A stretch of DNA of 64,000 nucleotides from Gemmatimonadaceae bacterium (GTDB lineage: Bacteria > Gemmatimonadota > Gemmatimonadetes > Gemmatimonadales > Gemmatimonadaceae). The number at the start of each line of letters is the position of its first letter. Positions within the stretch are counted from its first letter, which is position 1. The translations under genes were made by a program, and so were the position numbers. The stretch spans positions 5,985 to 69,984 of the forward strand of contig JANMON010000117.1 of assembly GCA_031369265.1 (NCBI GenBank). Reading direction: 5' to 3'. Positions 17,634 through 26,722 of the stretch are shown here, piece by piece. The notes below the pieces were generated by a model, which did not search any database, was not told the origin of the DNA, and worked only from the letters and a program-made list of their open reading frames with translations.

Positions 17634-18574
17634 CGACCGGTCATGGACAGCAGTCGCAGCTCGTAGCGGACACGTTCCTGCTGATTCAGGTTGTCGAGGA
17701 TCAGCGCGATGGCGAGCAGGATCACCGCGAACAGCTCCAGCGACGCCGCCAGCACGGCCAGCGGCACATGATAGATGTACTTGAACAGGAACCAGTCCTT
17801 GAGCACCGGAATCGCAGCCAGGAATCCGGCCAGCGAGAAGACCAGCGCCAGCGTGCCGAAGAACACGAACGGCTTGAAGTAGCGCAGGATCTGCACGATG
17901 GTGGAGATCACCCGCATGCCATCGGAGAAGGTGTTCAGCTTCGAGAACGACCCCGCCGGCCGATCGACGTACTCGACGGGGATCTCGCGGATGCGGAAGC
18001 GCTTGTCGAGCGCATGCAGCGTGACGTCGGTCTCGATCTGGAAGCCATCCACCATCACCGCGTAGTTCTTCACGAACTGTCGGTTGAAGGCACGGTAACC
18101 GCTCAGGATGTCGGCGAGCGACGCGCGGAAGAACTTGTTCACCAGCCAGCAGACCAGGCGATTGCCGAAGCCGTGGAACGCCCGCTTGTTCTCGTTGTCG
18201 TAGTGCCCGGCGGAGAGCCGGTCACCCACCACCATGTCGGCCGTACCATCCTGCACCGGCTTGAGCATGTCGCGCGCGCGCGACGCCGGGTAGGTGAGGT
18301 CGGCGTCGGCGAGGAGGTAGTAGTCGGCGTCGATGTAGTGGAACGCGTAGCGCACCGCGCTGCCCTTGCCGGGCCGGGGCTCGAAGAGCACGTCGCCTCG
18401 CACGCCGAACTCGGCGAACGTGGCGCGGGCGATCTCCTGCGTGCGGTCCGAGGAGCGGTTGTCGATCACGTAAATCGAGGCTTCCGGCAGCGACCGGTGG
18501 AAGTCGAGGATGACGTCCCGGATCGTGATTTCTTCGTTGTACGCCGGCAGCACTACGGCAATGGTATCAGGCAT
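17630..18574 (-). CDS. GT2 polyprenyl-phosphate glycosyltransferase (GtrB/ArnC/DPM1-like)
   Basis: IAVVLPAYNEEITI, VIDNRSSDRT, LLADADLTYP, GYRAFNRQF, two C-terminal TM helices. Confidence 0.85.
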   Translation of the reverse strand: MPDTIAVVLPAYNEEITIRDVILDFHRSLPEASIYVIDNRSSDRTQEIARATFAEFGVRGDVLFEPRPGKGSAVRYAFHYIDADYYLLADADLTYPASRARDMLKPVQDGTADMVVGDRLSAGHYDNENKRAFHGFGNRLVCWLVNKFFRASLADILSGYRAFNRQFVKNYAVMVDGFQIETDVTLHALDKRFRIREIPVEYVDRPAGSFSKLNTFSDGMRVISTIVQILRYFKPFVFFGTLALVFSLAGFLAAIPVLKDWFLFKYIYHVPLAVLAASLELFAVILLAIALILDNLNQQERVRYELRLLSMTGR

Positions 18575-18700
18575 GTCTGGAGCAGGAGAGCGTCACGCCG
18601 GGCGCAGGGCGCAGCCAAGGCGCGCGGAAACCGCGTCGGCGCTACCCGTGGACGACAGCGTGTGAGCCTCGGTCACGGGGGATTCTGCCGCCCGAATATA

Positions 18701-18716
18701 CGCGGGCATCGTGCCA
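18701..18716 (-). promoter_or_regulatory. candidate sigma-54 -24/-12 promoter TGGCACG-atgc-CCGCG
   Basis: Reverse strand reads CTGGCACGATGCCCGCG: a perfect -24 heptamer and GC at canonical spacing. It sits in the 240-nt gap about 130 nt upstream of the GT2 start at 18574. Confidence 0.35.
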
Positions 18717-18814
18717 GTCTCGGCATCGCGTCGCGGCGCGGAATCGGCACCGCACTCGACCGTAGTGCAATGCGCAGCCGAGGCGGCGGGACACGCGTCG
18801 CTCTTCGGCAGCGC

Positions 18815-20218
18815 TCATCGCGCGCGAATCGAGGCCTGCAACGCCACCAGCTGGGTACGCGACCGACGCAGCGCTGCCGCGATGTCGCAGCGCGTGAGGC
18901 GCAATTCCACCGAGAGATGCTGCGCGACGGACAGCGCCACCGCGCGAAGGATGCCCGAGGCCACCGTGGCCACCGCGGTGCCGATCAATCCGAAGCGGCG
19001 CGTCATCAGGATCGATGCGGCCGCCGCGAACACCGCCACCACGATGTTGATCGCCGCCGCGCGCTGCTGGAAACCGGTGGCCTGCAGCACCGTGCTCGCC
19101 CCGACACTGCCGGTCCGGCCGATGAACACGCCCACCGCCAGAATCACGCTGATCAGCACCGATTGTGAAAAGTCCTTGCCGAACAGCGCCAGCAGCGGCT
19201 GGGCAATGACCATCACCAACAGGCAGCTGCCGAACGCGGAGACGGCGTTGGCCGTGACCAGGTCGGCCAGCCGCGCCACCTGCTCCTCCACGCCGCGCAG
19301 GTCGATGGCCGCGTTGAAGCGCGGCGCCAGCACCCGCTCCACGGCCTGCGGCGCGAGATGCACCAGGTTGGCCAGCGACGCACCAACGGCATACACACCG
19401 GCATCGCGCTGGGTCAGCATGGTCCCCACCACGATCGTGTCGAGCTGCGTCGAGATCAGCGAGATCGCGGTGGCCGAGATGATGTAGGGTGTCGAATAGC
19501 GCAGCCACAACTTCCACTGCGCCGGTGTGCCGATGTCCACGAAATCGCGAATGCCGAACGTGCGGAGGCAGGCGATGGTGGAGAGCAGGAATGCGAGCGC
19601 CACCGATCCGGTCACGATCAGCAGCGCCGTCTCCCGCCCGACCGGGAGGAGGAACGGCCAGACGATCGCCACCACCAGCGCCGCCAGTGGACGCACCAAC
19701 CCCTGGATCACCTGGCTCATCACCGCGTGGCCGGTGTAGGTCAGCGCCGAGGCGTTCAGGTCGAGCCCCGTGGTGGAGAGGATCAGGACCAGCAGCAGCC
19801 AGGGGCGGTTGGCACTGACCTTGGTCACCAGCGCGCTGGTGGGGCCGATGGCGATGACCAGCGCCACCGTGACGGTGAACAGCAGGATCACGAGGTAGCT
19901 GAAGCGCATCAGCGCCTTCAATTCCTGCGTGCCTGCGGTGAGCGAATATCCCGGCGCGAAACGCGCGATCGCCGAGGACAGCCCCCACGCGCCCCACACC
20001 TGCAGCAGGTTGGCCCACCCCATCGCGTACACGCTGACACCAAAGGCATCGGCTCCGAATCCGCGGGCCAGCACGGTCTGCGACACGAATGCCGCCGCGG
20101 CGCCCAGTCCGGCAATCACGATCGACCACGAGATGCTGTGGGTCAGCTGCCGCGCGGAGGTCTGCAGGGTCACGCGTCGTGCTCCAAGACATTCACTCCA
20201 GTGTGAGATGGCCAGCAT
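18815..20218 (-). CDS. Wzx-type polysaccharide flippase (MOP superfamily)
   Basis: ORF 18815..20386; ATG 20218 or GTG 20173 is the likely start. Continuous TM-helix pattern of about 12-14 helices (GLGAAAAFVSQTVLARGFGADAFG..). The overlapping ORF 18642..20192 is Arg/Gly-rich nonsense. Confidence 0.8.
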   Translation of the reverse strand: MLAISHWSECLGARRVTLQTSARQLTHSISWSIVIAGLGAAAAFVSQTVLARGFGADAFGVSVYAMGWANLLQVWGAWGLSSAIARFAPGYSLTAGTQELKALMRFSYLVILLFTVTVALVIAIGPTSALVTKVSANRPWLLLVLILSTTGLDLNASALTYTGHAVMSQVIQGLVRPLAALVVAIVWPFLLPVGRETALLIVTGSVALAFLLSTIACLRTFGIRDFVDIGTPAQWKLWLRYSTPYIISATAISLISTQLDTIVVGTMLTQRDAGVYAVGASLANLVHLAPQAVERVLAPRFNAAIDLRGVEEQVARLADLVTANAVSAFGSCLLVMVIAQPLLALFGKDFSQSVLISVILAVGVFIGRTGSVGASTVLQATGFQQRAAAINIVVAVFAAAASILMTRRFGLIGTAVATVASGILRAVALSVAQHLSVELRLTRCDIAAALRRSRTQLVALQASIRAR

Positions 20219-20342
20219 CGTGCGCCGCGTTGCGGTGACGGTGCTCGGGCCCGACGATGGACGCACGAGCGCCCCGCGGCGGCACGATGTCCGTACCCCA
20301 CTGCGAACGACGGTCACCGCGGAGCAGGGCTGTCCCCTCCCA

Positions 20343-20358
20343 TGCCAGCCGCGTGCCG
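20343..20358 (-). promoter_or_regulatory. candidate sigma-54 -24/-12 promoter CGGCACG-cggc-TGGCA
   Basis: Reverse complement of tgccagccgcgtgccg. 10/12 to consensus, correct spacing, about 125 nt upstream of the flippase start. Confidence 0.35.
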
Positions 20359-20400
20359 TGCCTTCGCCGACCGTCCGCTCGTCCACTGGCGGAACCTGGA

Positions 20401-20416
20401 CGGCATTCCCGTTGCA
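20401..20416 (+). promoter_or_regulatory. candidate sigma-54 -24/-12 promoter CGGCATT-cccg-TTGCA
   Basis: GG and GC at canonical spacing, perfect TTGCA -12 box, about 80 nt upstream of ATG 20498. Confidence 0.3.
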
Positions 20417-20497
20417 CAGGATCCTGCCGTCCGACTGGCGGGTAGTTTAGCCGGACGGCTTTCCCTGCGTCACCGCCGACAACCCTTCGTCTCTGCA

Positions 20498-21433
20498 ATG
20501 CACTCCTGGGTCACCCATAAGCTCTCGCGCGTGAAGTCCGAGCTCGAGCGCATGCAATTCGTCTCGGCCATCGCCGGCATCAGGAACACCGCGCCGGTCG
20601 TGATCACACCGGGGGGCCCGACAGTGGTCACGATGGTCGGTCGTCACGACCTGTCGCTGTACCTGCTCTCGATCAAGTCGTTCGCACGCCACTGCGTCCC
20701 GGGCCGGGTGGTGATTCTGGATGACGGCACGCTGCGCCCCGGGGATGTCGCACTGCTCGGACGGCATGTCCCCGGCATCTCGATCGTGGCCAAGACCGAC
20801 GTGCCACGCGGTATCTGCCAGCAGGGCGGCTGCTGGGAACGACTCTGCCTGATCGGTGAGCTGTCGGCCACGGAGTACGTGATCCAGCTCGACTCCGACA
20901 TGCTCACGCTGCGCCGGCCCGACGGGCTGATCGAACTGGTCGCGGCGCAACGCTCCTTCACGATGCCCGGTGACCTGGAGGGTTGCACGATCATGTCGGC
21001 GCGCGAGGCCGCCGCGGTCGCACGCAGCAAGCCGGGAGAATTCTTTCAGCTCCGCTTCGAGCGGGCACTCGACGGCCTCCCCGATCCGGATGCGTGGCAA
21101 TACGTGCGCGGCTGTGCCGCCCTGTCGTCCTTCCCGCCGCACAGCATCACGCTGGCGGGCATCGAGGCCGTGCACCGCACCTACGAAGCACTGGTGGGCA
21201 CGAGCGAGTGGAAGACGTGGGGCAGTGAGCAGATCACGTCCAACACGCTGGTGGCACAACGAGGCGATGCCGAGGTCCTTCCACTGGACCTGTACTGCTC
21301 GCACTTCCCGCACGGCACCACGTTCGACTTCGCGCAGGCAGCGATGGTGCACTTCATCGGCACCCACCGCTACGAGAATGGCACCTACCAGCGCCTGGCG
21401 CTGCGGGTGCTGCGCGAACTACCAAGCGCCTGA
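20498..21433 (+). CDS. hypothetical protein, possible GT-A-fold glycosyltransferase of unrecognised family
   Basis: ORF 20342..21433; ATG 20498 (MHSWVTHKL). Rossmann-like beta-strand pattern VVTMVGRHD..VVILDDGTL..ISIV and a DxD candidate (IQLDSDML). High GC3. No family recognised by eye. Confidence 0.5.
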   Translation: MHSWVTHKLSRVKSELERMQFVSAIAGIRNTAPVVITPGGPTVVTMVGRHDLSLYLLSIKSFARHCVPGRVVILDDGTLRPGDVALLGRHVPGISIVAKTDVPRGICQQGGCWERLCLIGELSATEYVIQLDSDMLTLRRPDGLIELVAAQRSFTMPGDLEGCTIMSAREAAAVARSKPGEFFQLRFERALDGLPDPDAWQYVRGCAALSSFPPHSITLAGIEAVHRTYEALVGTSEWKTWGSEQITSNTLVAQRGDAEVLPLDLYCSHFPHGTTFDFAQAAMVHFIGTHRYENGTYQRLALRVLRELPSA

Positions 21434-21446
21434 CACGGCAACCAGA

Positions 21447-22544
21447 TCAAGCAGTGACAGGGTCCAGTAGCCTGGCGTAGAGTTGCAGGTAGGCATCCGC
21501 GGTCGTATCCACCGAATAATGCGCGCGCACGCGCTCCGCCGAAGCCACGCCCATGCGCTGGCGGCGTGACGGATCGGCGATCAGCGCCTGCAGCGCGGCG
21601 GCCAATGGAGCCGGCTGGCCCGGTGGCACCAGCAGGCCCACGTCGGGCGTGACCACTTCCGGCGTCGAACCCACCGACGTCGCGACCACCGGCAGGCCGC
21701 CGGCCATCGCCTCCAGGAGGCTGATGGACAGTCCCTCGCTGTGGCTGGGCAGGCAGAACAGGTCCGCCGCCGCCAGCAACGATGGCACGTCGTTACGGGA
21801 GCCGAGCAGCGTCACCACCGACTGCAGGCCGAGTGCCTCGCGCTGTGCCTCGAGCGCGGCGCGCTCCGGTCCATCACCCACGATGACCAGACGTGCGTTC
21901 GCCTCGGACTTCGACACCGCGGCGAATGCCGTCAGCAGCACGTCGAGTGCCTTCACCGGTACCAGGCGCCCCACCACCATCGTCACGACGTGTTCGTGGC
22001 CAAGGCCGATCGCGGTGCGGTCCAGCGGCGCTGGCTGTGCCGGTGGCTGCAACACGCCGTTGCGGATGTAGCCGATGCGACGGTCGGAGGTCCAGAGCTC
22101 GCGCACCGCATGCACGCGTAACTCCTCCGAGACGGCCACCACCGCCGGTGTCAGCGGCATCAGCGCGCGATCGATCCAGCGCATCTTCAGCACGTCCTTC
22201 TCGTGAAATCCGTGCAGCGTCTGCACACGGCCGCGCACCCCGGCGATCCGCGCCGCCGCCACCGCGCGCGCCCACGATCCGGCGTGACTGTGCACGATGT
22301 CGGGGCGTTCGCGCTGGAGGTACTCCGAGAGCGGCGACGCCTGCACCAACGTGCGCCAGCCACGTGACGACACGTGGTCCACCGCCACATCCAGTTCCTC
22401 CGCATGCGCATCCAGCGGTCCGGGGCCATCGAGCGAGACGACGCGCACGTCATGGCCGCGCCGGCGCATCACCACCGCCAGATGGATGACGAGGCGCTCC
22501 ATGCCGCCGACGTACAGACCGGGCAACACCAGCCGTATCTTCAC
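21447..22544 (-). CDS. GT4 (GT-B fold) glycosyltransferase
   Basis: MKIRLVLPGLYVGGMERLVIHLA; C-terminal LPSHSEGLSISLLEAMAGGLPVVAT (E-x7-E region). Confidence 0.9.
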   Translation of the reverse strand: MKIRLVLPGLYVGGMERLVIHLAVVMRRRGHDVRVVSLDGPGPLDAHAEELDVAVDHVSSRGWRTLVQASPLSEYLQRERPDIVHSHAGSWARAVAAARIAGVRGRVQTLHGFHEKDVLKMRWIDRALMPLTPAVVAVSEELRVHAVRELWTSDRRIGYIRNGVLQPPAQPAPLDRTAIGLGHEHVVTMVVGRLVPVKALDVLLTAFAAVSKSEANARLVIVGDGPERAALEAQREALGLQSVVTLLGSRNDVPSLLAAADLFCLPSHSEGLSISLLEAMAGGLPVVATSVGSTPEVVTPDVGLLVPPGQPAPLAAALQALIADPSRRQRMGVASAERVRAHYSVDTTADAYLQLYARLLDPVTA

Positions 22545-22604
22545 GTCACGCTGCCACGCGTGGCCGTGCAGTGCCGTGCGGGTTGGCGACGCAGCCCGGA
22601 TTGG

Positions 22605-23744
22605 TCAGCGTGCGCGAGCAAGCGCTGCCTCGAAATGGCGCAGCGTGACGTCGATCAGCAGCTCGGTGCCGAAGTTCTCCTCGATGCGCTGCCGTGCGCG
22701 GCGCTCCAGGTCCGCGCGCGTGTCGCTCGAGAGTGCCAGCAGCTCGAGCCAGGCCTGGGACAGCGCCTCCGGTGATCGCACCGGGACGATACGACCGGCA
22801 TCGCCGATGACGACCTTCGCATCACCGGCGTCGGTGGACGCGCACATCCGTCCGCACGACATCGCCTCACCCAGCACGTTCGGGAATCCCTCCCCGAAGG
22901 CGGATGTCAGCGTCACGATGTCGGCGGCGTTGTAGAGGTCCTCGACGCGCGTTTCATCGGGCTGGAACGCCACACGATCCACCAGCGCGGCGTCGCGCAC
23001 CAGTGCCCCCAGTGCGGCGCGCTCGGCCTCCGACCCACGACCGAGCGCCAGGAACCGGACGTCCTTCCGCACCGCTGCCGTCAATCGCGCAGCCTCGATG
23101 AACGTCCGGTGATCCTTCATCGGGTCGAGGCGGGCCGGCAGCACGATCAGCTGTGACGCCGCAGCCACATCGTGGTGCACGCGCCACTCGGCACCGCGCA
23201 GGGCGTTGCGGGTGAAGCGCGCGAGGTCGATCCCGTTCGGCACCACCTCGAAGTGCTCGGCGGGGAATCCTTTCGCCAGGTGAAACTCGCGTCCCTTGTT
23301 GGAGTTCGCGATGATCAGCGCTGGAAACCGCGAGAGCTGGATGCCCGCCTGAAAGACGGCCTCGCGAAAACGGGTGTATCCCCCAAAATCCTGGTCCGAG
23401 ACGCGAATGCCCCAGACCGACGGTCGCCGTAGTGCGGTGCCGAGAAACAACGCCAGCTCATTGGCACCCGACATGTAGCCGTGAACCAAATCGGGCGCGA
23501 ACGCACGCGCCATGCGGATGCTCCGGCGTGCAAACGTCAGCGTGTCCCAGCGCGATCGCTTGGCGAGTCGCAGGATCTGGATCCCGTGTCGTTCCTCGAG
23601 TTCCTGCTCCAACGCACCGCCGGCGTACATCACCGCGATTGCGACGGCATGCCCGCGCGCCGCCATCCCGCGCGCCAGCTGACCGAGTTGCCGTTCCGCA
23701 CCACCACCCGAGTCGAGCGACCGAATCACGAACAGGACGCGCAT
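22605..23744 (-). CDS. GT4 (GT-B fold) glycosyltransferase
   Basis: MRVLFVIRSLDSGGGAERQL; TSAFGEGFPNVLGEAMSCGRMCAST. Its start codon directly abuts the stop of the upstream gene (23744/23745). Confidence 0.9.
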   Translation of the reverse strand: MRVLFVIRSLDSGGGAERQLGQLARGMAARGHAVAIAVMYAGGALEQELEERHGIQILRLAKRSRWDTLTFARRSIRMARAFAPDLVHGYMSGANELALFLGTALRRPSVWGIRVSDQDFGGYTRFREAVFQAGIQLSRFPALIIANSNKGREFHLAKGFPAEHFEVVPNGIDLARFTRNALRGAEWRVHHDVAAASQLIVLPARLDPMKDHRTFIEAARLTAAVRKDVRFLALGRGSEAERAALGALVRDAALVDRVAFQPDETRVEDLYNAADIVTLTSAFGEGFPNVLGEAMSCGRMCASTDAGDAKVVIGDAGRIVPVRSPEALSQAWLELLALSSDTRADLERRARQRIEENFGTELLIDVTLRHFEAALARAR

Positions 23745-25142
23745 TTACGCCTGACGTCGGGTGCTGCGCACGCCGCCACGCAGGGTGCGCTGTGGCAGCT
23801 GCGGTACGGGCGGCGTGGGACGTACAGGACGCCACCCGCCCGTGGAACGCATCGACGCGCCGCGCGCGGCGGTCGGCGCCGCTGCTTGCGACGCGAACTG
23901 CGGCAGGCCGACCGGGATGCGGCTCAGCAGGCTCGCCAACGCCCAGAGCAGGTACCACATCGCGAAATAGGCGAAGCTGAGGAAGAAGCCGGCCACGGCC
24001 AGCCCCATCATGGCGCCGAATATCTCGGGTCGCGCATCCTGTGGTGGCGGTTTCTGGCGCCGTGCCAGCGAGGTATGGCGCAGCGCGACGACGATACCGC
24101 CGACGATCAGCGACACGTAGATCAGGCCACCGGGGAAACCCAATTCGGCCAGCGACTGCACGTATCCGTTGTGGGCGTTCATCCATCGACCGGGACGGCC
24201 CATCTCGGCCAGTGTGTTGCCTTCGGCCACCTGAAACGCACCCAGTCCGACACCGAGCAGCGGATTGGCGAGCGCGTAGCCGGTACCACGACGCCACACC
24301 GCCTTGCGGCCGTAATAATCCGTGGTGTTGTAGTCGGTCTCGCCGACGTTGGCCATGCGCTCGCGGTAACTCTCCGGGAGGTTGGCCATGAAGATCGCGC
24401 CGCCGACCAGCAGGATCGCAAGTCCGCCGGCACGTCGTCCGCCACCGGTGGCCAAAATCACGGCCAGAATGCCGACCGCAAACCCGATCGAACTTCCGCG
24501 CGAGCTGGTCTGCACCAGCGTCCATGCGCAGACGATCAGCACGCCGATCGCGACCAGCCGCTTCCATCCCTTCGCGCGCAGGATCAAGCCCAGTGCGATC
24601 GGCGCGGTGGCCGCCATCACGGCACCGAGGTCATTCGGGTCGAACATCGCCGGCGCCGACAGGCGGCCCATGGTGCGGTTGTTCCAGGCCAGCGACCCCA
24701 ATCCGAGCAATCCGCCGCCGGTGAGAATCGTCATCAGCAGCAAGTCCACGCTCTTCAGCGCGGCAGGCAACAGGCCGACGGCCACCACCATCAGCACCAG
24801 CGGCACCAGGCCAAGCGCCACATCGAACGACTGGCCACGAAACACCGAGGTGGGGATGGTCAGCACGCCCCACGCGAAATACGCCACCACGCCCTGCAGC
24901 ATGCGATTCCGCGACAGCTGCTGACGCTCGGCGGGCGACGACTGATTCCACGCCATCCACAACATGAATGGCGCCAACAGCAACGCCGGCCGCGGCAACG
25001 GCGGGAGCATCGAGTGCAGCTTGAAGACGACGATCAGCAGGAAGAGGAAGGTCGCCCGGCGCAGGCCGACACTCGCCTCACGTCCGCCCGCCAGTCCGGC
25101 GGCCGCGTAGGCGCCGGATGGCTGCAGCGCCATGCCCCTCAT
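23745..25142 (-). CDS. O-antigen ligase/Wzy-like polymerase family membrane protein
   Basis: About 10-12 TM helices. Wzy_C-like segment WTLVQTSSRGSSIGFAVGILAVI, then a large loop with YNTTDYYGRKAVWRRG. Confidence 0.75.
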   Translation of the reverse strand: MRGMALQPSGAYAAAGLAGGREASVGLRRATFLFLLIVVFKLHSMLPPLPRPALLLAPFMLWMAWNQSSPAERQQLSRNRMLQGVVAYFAWGVLTIPTSVFRGQSFDVALGLVPLVLMVVAVGLLPAALKSVDLLLMTILTGGGLLGLGSLAWNNRTMGRLSAPAMFDPNDLGAVMAATAPIALGLILRAKGWKRLVAIGVLIVCAWTLVQTSSRGSSIGFAVGILAVILATGGGRRAGGLAILLVGGAIFMANLPESYRERMANVGETDYNTTDYYGRKAVWRRGTGYALANPLLGVGLGAFQVAEGNTLAEMGRPGRWMNAHNGYVQSLAELGFPGGLIYVSLIVGGIVVALRHTSLARRQKPPPQDARPEIFGAMMGLAVAGFFLSFAYFAMWYLLWALASLLSRIPVGLPQFASQAAAPTAARGASMRSTGGWRPVRPTPPVPQLPQRTLRGGVRSTRRQA

Positions 25143-25259
25143 CGAAACACCGCCATGGACGCGTTCGGCGACACGCCGCTGCGAGCCGTCCTGCCGCTGT
25201 GGCGAGACTGCGTCCCAGATGGGAGCGTGAGGGCACTGCGGTTCGGATGGCTGGACACG

Positions 25260-26660
25260 TCAGAACTGAAAATACAGGAAAGGAGACGACCGGTCAGTCG
25301 CGATCAGCGCAAGCACCGCACCGCCGGTCGCAAACAGCAGGGCGTCACGCCGCAAACTCACCGTCGAGGTGTCGATCTCGAAGGCGTTCGGGCCACGCAT
25401 TGCCCACCAGGCCGCTACCACGAAGGGGACGACCGCCAGAATGGGCGGCAACAGCACGGTACCCGTTCCCTGCCCACCCACCATCGCCGACAGCACCTGC
25501 CCGGCACCGCCGAGCGTCGGCAGGCGGAACGGCACCCACCCGATCAGCACGAACAGGAATAGCAGTCCCTGCCGTACGGCGGCCGGCAGCGCATCCCATT
25601 TGGCCGCGTTGAATCGGTAGGTGATCAGCAGAACTCCGTGGTAGGCACCCCAGAGAATGAAGTTCCACGAGGCGCCATGCCAGAGCCCGCCGATCAGCAT
25701 CGTCAGGAACAGGTTCCGCGACGTGAACCATTCGCCGCTGCCGCGATTGCCGCCGAACGGGATGTAGAGGTAATCCCGCATGCAGGTGGACAGCGAGATG
25801 TGCCAGCGCCGCCAGAAGTCCGACGGGTCCAGCGCCTTGTACGGTGAATTGAAATTCTTCGGGATACGCAGCCCGAACAGCAGCCCGAGGCCCGCCGCCA
25901 TCGTGCTGTAGCCGGAGAAATCGAAATAGAGCTGGAAGCTGTAGCCTACCATCGCGATCCAGGCGGTGGCGGTCCCGAGCGCGCCCGGCACCGCCAGCAT
26001 CGGGTCGGTGATCGCCGCGATCGTGTCGGCCACCAGGATCTTCTCCACCAGGCCAATCAGGAACAGCGACAAGCCAGGCCGGATGAATGCGCGGCGGTCG
26101 TGATTGGCGATCCGCTCGAGGTCTTCCTCGATCTGCCGGAAGCGCACGATCGGCCCCGCCACCAATTGCGAAAACAACGAGACGTAGGCGCTGAACTCGA
26201 AGAAGTTGCGCGTCGGCCGGATCTGCCGACGATAGGCATCCACGATGTAGCTGATCGTGTGGAACGTGTAGAAGCTGATGCCGACCGGCAGGATGATGTC
26301 GAGGTGCGGGATGGTGGCGGTGATGCCCGCCGTCTCCAGCACGCCCTTCGTCACGTCGAGGCCGAAATTCGCGTACTTGAAGAAGCCCAGCAGCAGCAGG
26401 TCCACCGTGATCGGGATCACCAGGCACAACTTCCGCTTGCGCGCGTCCGCATCCCAGCGGAGCATGCCCAGACCCGCGAAATAACTGACGCAGGTCGAGA
26501 ACAGCATCAACAGGCAGAAGCGCCAGTCCCAGTAGCCGTAGAACACGTAGCCGGTGATCGCCAGCCACACGTAGCGCGTGTCGGCGGTGCGCAACATCCA
26601 GAACACGGCGTACGTGACGGGCAGGAACCCGAACAGGAAGATGAAGCTGTTGAAAAGCAT
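25260..26660 (-). CDS. MBOAT-family O-acyltransferase (AlgI/DltB-like)
   Basis: ORF 25260..26720; ATG 26660 (MLFNSFIFLFGFLPV). WRRWHISLSTCMRDYLYIPFGGNRGS, GGLWHGASWNFILWGAYHG (catalytic His region). Confidence 0.9.
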   Translation of the reverse strand: MLFNSFIFLFGFLPVTYAVFWMLRTADTRYVWLAITGYVFYGYWDWRFCLLMLFSTCVSYFAGLGMLRWDADARKRKLCLVIPITVDLLLLGFFKYANFGLDVTKGVLETAGITATIPHLDIILPVGISFYTFHTISYIVDAYRRQIRPTRNFFEFSAYVSLFSQLVAGPIVRFRQIEEDLERIANHDRRAFIRPGLSLFLIGLVEKILVADTIAAITDPMLAVPGALGTATAWIAMVGYSFQLYFDFSGYSTMAAGLGLLFGLRIPKNFNSPYKALDPSDFWRRWHISLSTCMRDYLYIPFGGNRGSGEWFTSRNLFLTMLIGGLWHGASWNFILWGAYHGVLLITYRFNAAKWDALPAAVRQGLLFLFVLIGWVPFRLPTLGGAGQVLSAMVGGQGTGTVLLPPILAVVPFVVAAWWAMRGPNAFEIDTSTVSLRRDALLFATGGAVLALIATDRSSPFLYFQF

Positions 26661-26722
26661 GTCGGGCTGGCTACTGTTCCCGCACGCAGGGCGCGCGCCG
26701 GCTGCCGTGCGCCGGGGCATCC

